Below, piece by piece: positions 22,822 through 24,000 of a stretch of DNA of 24,000 nucleotides. The notes under the pieces are model-generated. The model searched no databases. It had not been told where the DNA came from and saw only the letters and a program-made list of their open reading frames with translations. Source of the stretch: Acaryochloris marina S15 (GTDB taxonomy: Bacteria; Cyanobacteriota; Cyanobacteriia; Thermosynechococcales; Thermosynechococcaceae); NCBI RefSeq assembly GCF_018336915.1, contig NZ_CP064923.1:3802385-3826384 (forward strand), written 5' to 3'. Numbering within the stretch: position 1 is the first letter of the stretch; each line of letters begins with the position of its first letter. Position numbers and translations under genes: made by a program.

Positions 22822-24000
22822 ATGTCTCGGCTATTAAAATCCAACCATCCTTTTCGTTTGCTTCTGTATTTGGAATGGATTTTGCTGGGGATTGCCCTAT
22901 TAACTTTGTTTGTGCCTTTCCCCCGCCATCATTTTCTGTTGCCCCACGTCATTCCAGGGCGAGGGTTGAGATTTCCCTTAGGGATATTGCTGAGTATTCT
23001 GACTCTGGCTGGTTTAGGGCTCAAATTGCCTATCCATCAATCCCAAAAGGTGAAGGCCTTCTATACCTGTCTGGGGCTATGTCTATGTTGGGCAACGGTG
23101 TTTATGGGGGGGCGGCTCCGAGACTACTTTATCCCGATGCTATTGATTGTGGTGATTCGGGCCTGCTTATTGTTTCCTTGGAAGCAGCGATTGATGGTTG
23201 CATCCGTTGCCTATGGCTCTTTTCTGGCCCGCTTAATGATGGGACCCCAACGTTTTCGTCCACCGCGATTGGGTCCTCCCCCCCCTTGGCGGGGCAGGGG
23301 ACTATCCCAAGAATTGGTGGCGAGTTTGCAGTTGCGGAGTGCCCTCTTATTTGGCTTGGTCTTGATCTTTGTATTGCTGATGGTGGGAGCGCTCTTAACG
23401 GAGCATCTCAGTCGAACAGAATTAGCATCTGCGAATCAGCGCCTGCGGAAATATGCCTTAATGATCGAAAATCAAGCTACCTTGCAGGAGCGGAACCGAA
23501 TTGCTCGCGAAATGCATGATTCCGTTGGCCATTCCCTAACGGCTCAAAGTATTCAGCTCGAAAATGTAGAGGTATGGATGGCCACTGATAGGGCTAAAGC
23601 TTCTGATCACTTGACGAAAGCCCGATCCCTCGGGAAAGACGCACTCCAAAATGTCCGGCATACCGTTGCTACCCTTCGTAATAACCCGCTAAAAGGTCAA
23701 TCCTTATCCCAAGCCCTCACCAAAATGACCCAGGAGTTTGAACGCACGACATCGATTCAGGTTCAATTCTCTACTCACCTAGAGACTCCGGTCCCTAGAG
23801 AAATGGCTGCAGCTCTCTATCGTTTGGTGCAAGAAGCCCTGACTAACGTTTCCAAGCACAGTGAAGCGACCCAGGTTACGATTAATTTGACTGAGCAGGA
23901 GATGGAGTTGTCTCTTAAGATTTCTGACAATGGCAAAGGATTTCTGCCGGGGAAAAATACGACGGGCTTTGGTCTTCAAGGGATGCAGGAACGGACAGTG
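22822..24000 (+). CDS. Membrane sensor histidine kinase, HisKA_3 (NarL-partner) type, N-terminal 393 codons (3' end beyond right window edge)
   Basis: Absent from the ORF track because it has no in-window stop. From ATG 22822 it reads MSRLLKSNHPFRLLLYLEWILLGIALLTLF..., with about 5 hydrophobic helices. A coiled coil follows, then the H-box ERNRIAREMHDSVGHSL (His codon 23515-23517), the N-box LVQEALTNVSKHS and the G-box GFGLQGMQERT. An upstream in-frame TAG lies at 22783-22785. Confidence 0.88.
   Translation, partial: MSRLLKSNHPFRLLLYLEWILLGIALLTLFVPFPRHHFLLPHVIPGRGLRFPLGILLSILTLAGLGLKLPIHQSQKVKAFYTCLGLCLCWATVFMGGRLRDYFIPMLLIVVIRACLLFPWKQRLMVASVAYGSFLARLMMGPQRFRPPRLGPPPPWRGRGLSQELVASLQLRSALLFGLVLIFVLLMVGALLTEHLSRTELASANQRLRKYALMIENQATLQERNRIAREMHDSVGHSLTAQSIQLENVEVWMATDRAKASDHLTKARSLGKDALQNVRHTVATLRNNPLKGQSLSQALTKMTQEFERTTSIQVQFSTHLETPVPREMAAALYRLVQEALTNVSKHSEATQVTINLTEQEMELSLKISDNGKGFLPGKNTTGFGLQGMQERTV

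Noticed and set aside
22875-23519. Track ORF of 214 aa on the + strand
   Set aside because: It is out of frame with the histidine-kinase ORF starting at 22822. The kinase frame gives coherent TM helices followed by H-, N- and G-boxes. This ORF has no recognisable features and ends just where the kinase H-box begins.

Overview
This is a cyanobacterial chromosomal window. Evidence: 10 copies of the HIP1 octamer GCGATCGC, psbO, DUF3084/DUF3110 genes and a group-3 sigma factor. About two thirds is ordinary core genome: a DUF3110-DUF3084 pair on the minus strand, a giant TamB-like gene followed by pgsA, one orphan 180-aa ORF, psbO, a sigF-type sigma factor and fmt. The supplied ORF track omits both edge-truncated genes: a DUF3084 gene at 1-1040 (-) and a HisKA_3 sensor kinase at 22822-24000 (+). 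It lists out-of-frame or antisense shadow ORFs there instead. Two modules look accessory and deserve follow-up. (1) A tightly packed four-gene minus-strand operon at 18088-21872 encodes a small phosphoglycosyl transferase, a PhyH-type Fe(II)/2OG oxygenase and two diverged FemAB/CelD-like (Acetyltransf_6-type) paralogs. No flippase, polymerase or further glycosyltransferase is in view. It is flanked by a dCache-HAMP-GGDEF-EAL protein and a divergent membrane histidine kinase. (2) An orphan vertebrate-like arginine:glycine amidinotransferase (AGAT/StrB1/CyrA family) sits 4 nt upstream of a family-IV (HGGG/GDSAG) esterase at 12262-14389, with no PKS/NRPS or toxin-cluster context. Smaller observations are two very long perfect hairpins, a candidate small RNA upstream of psbO, a 73-bp convergent CDS overlap containing a G8 tract, and G7/C8 tracts inside the kinase gene. 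I found no tRNA, rRNA, CRISPR array, transposase or recognisable defence system. All functional calls rest on motif recognition by eye, and no searches were run.
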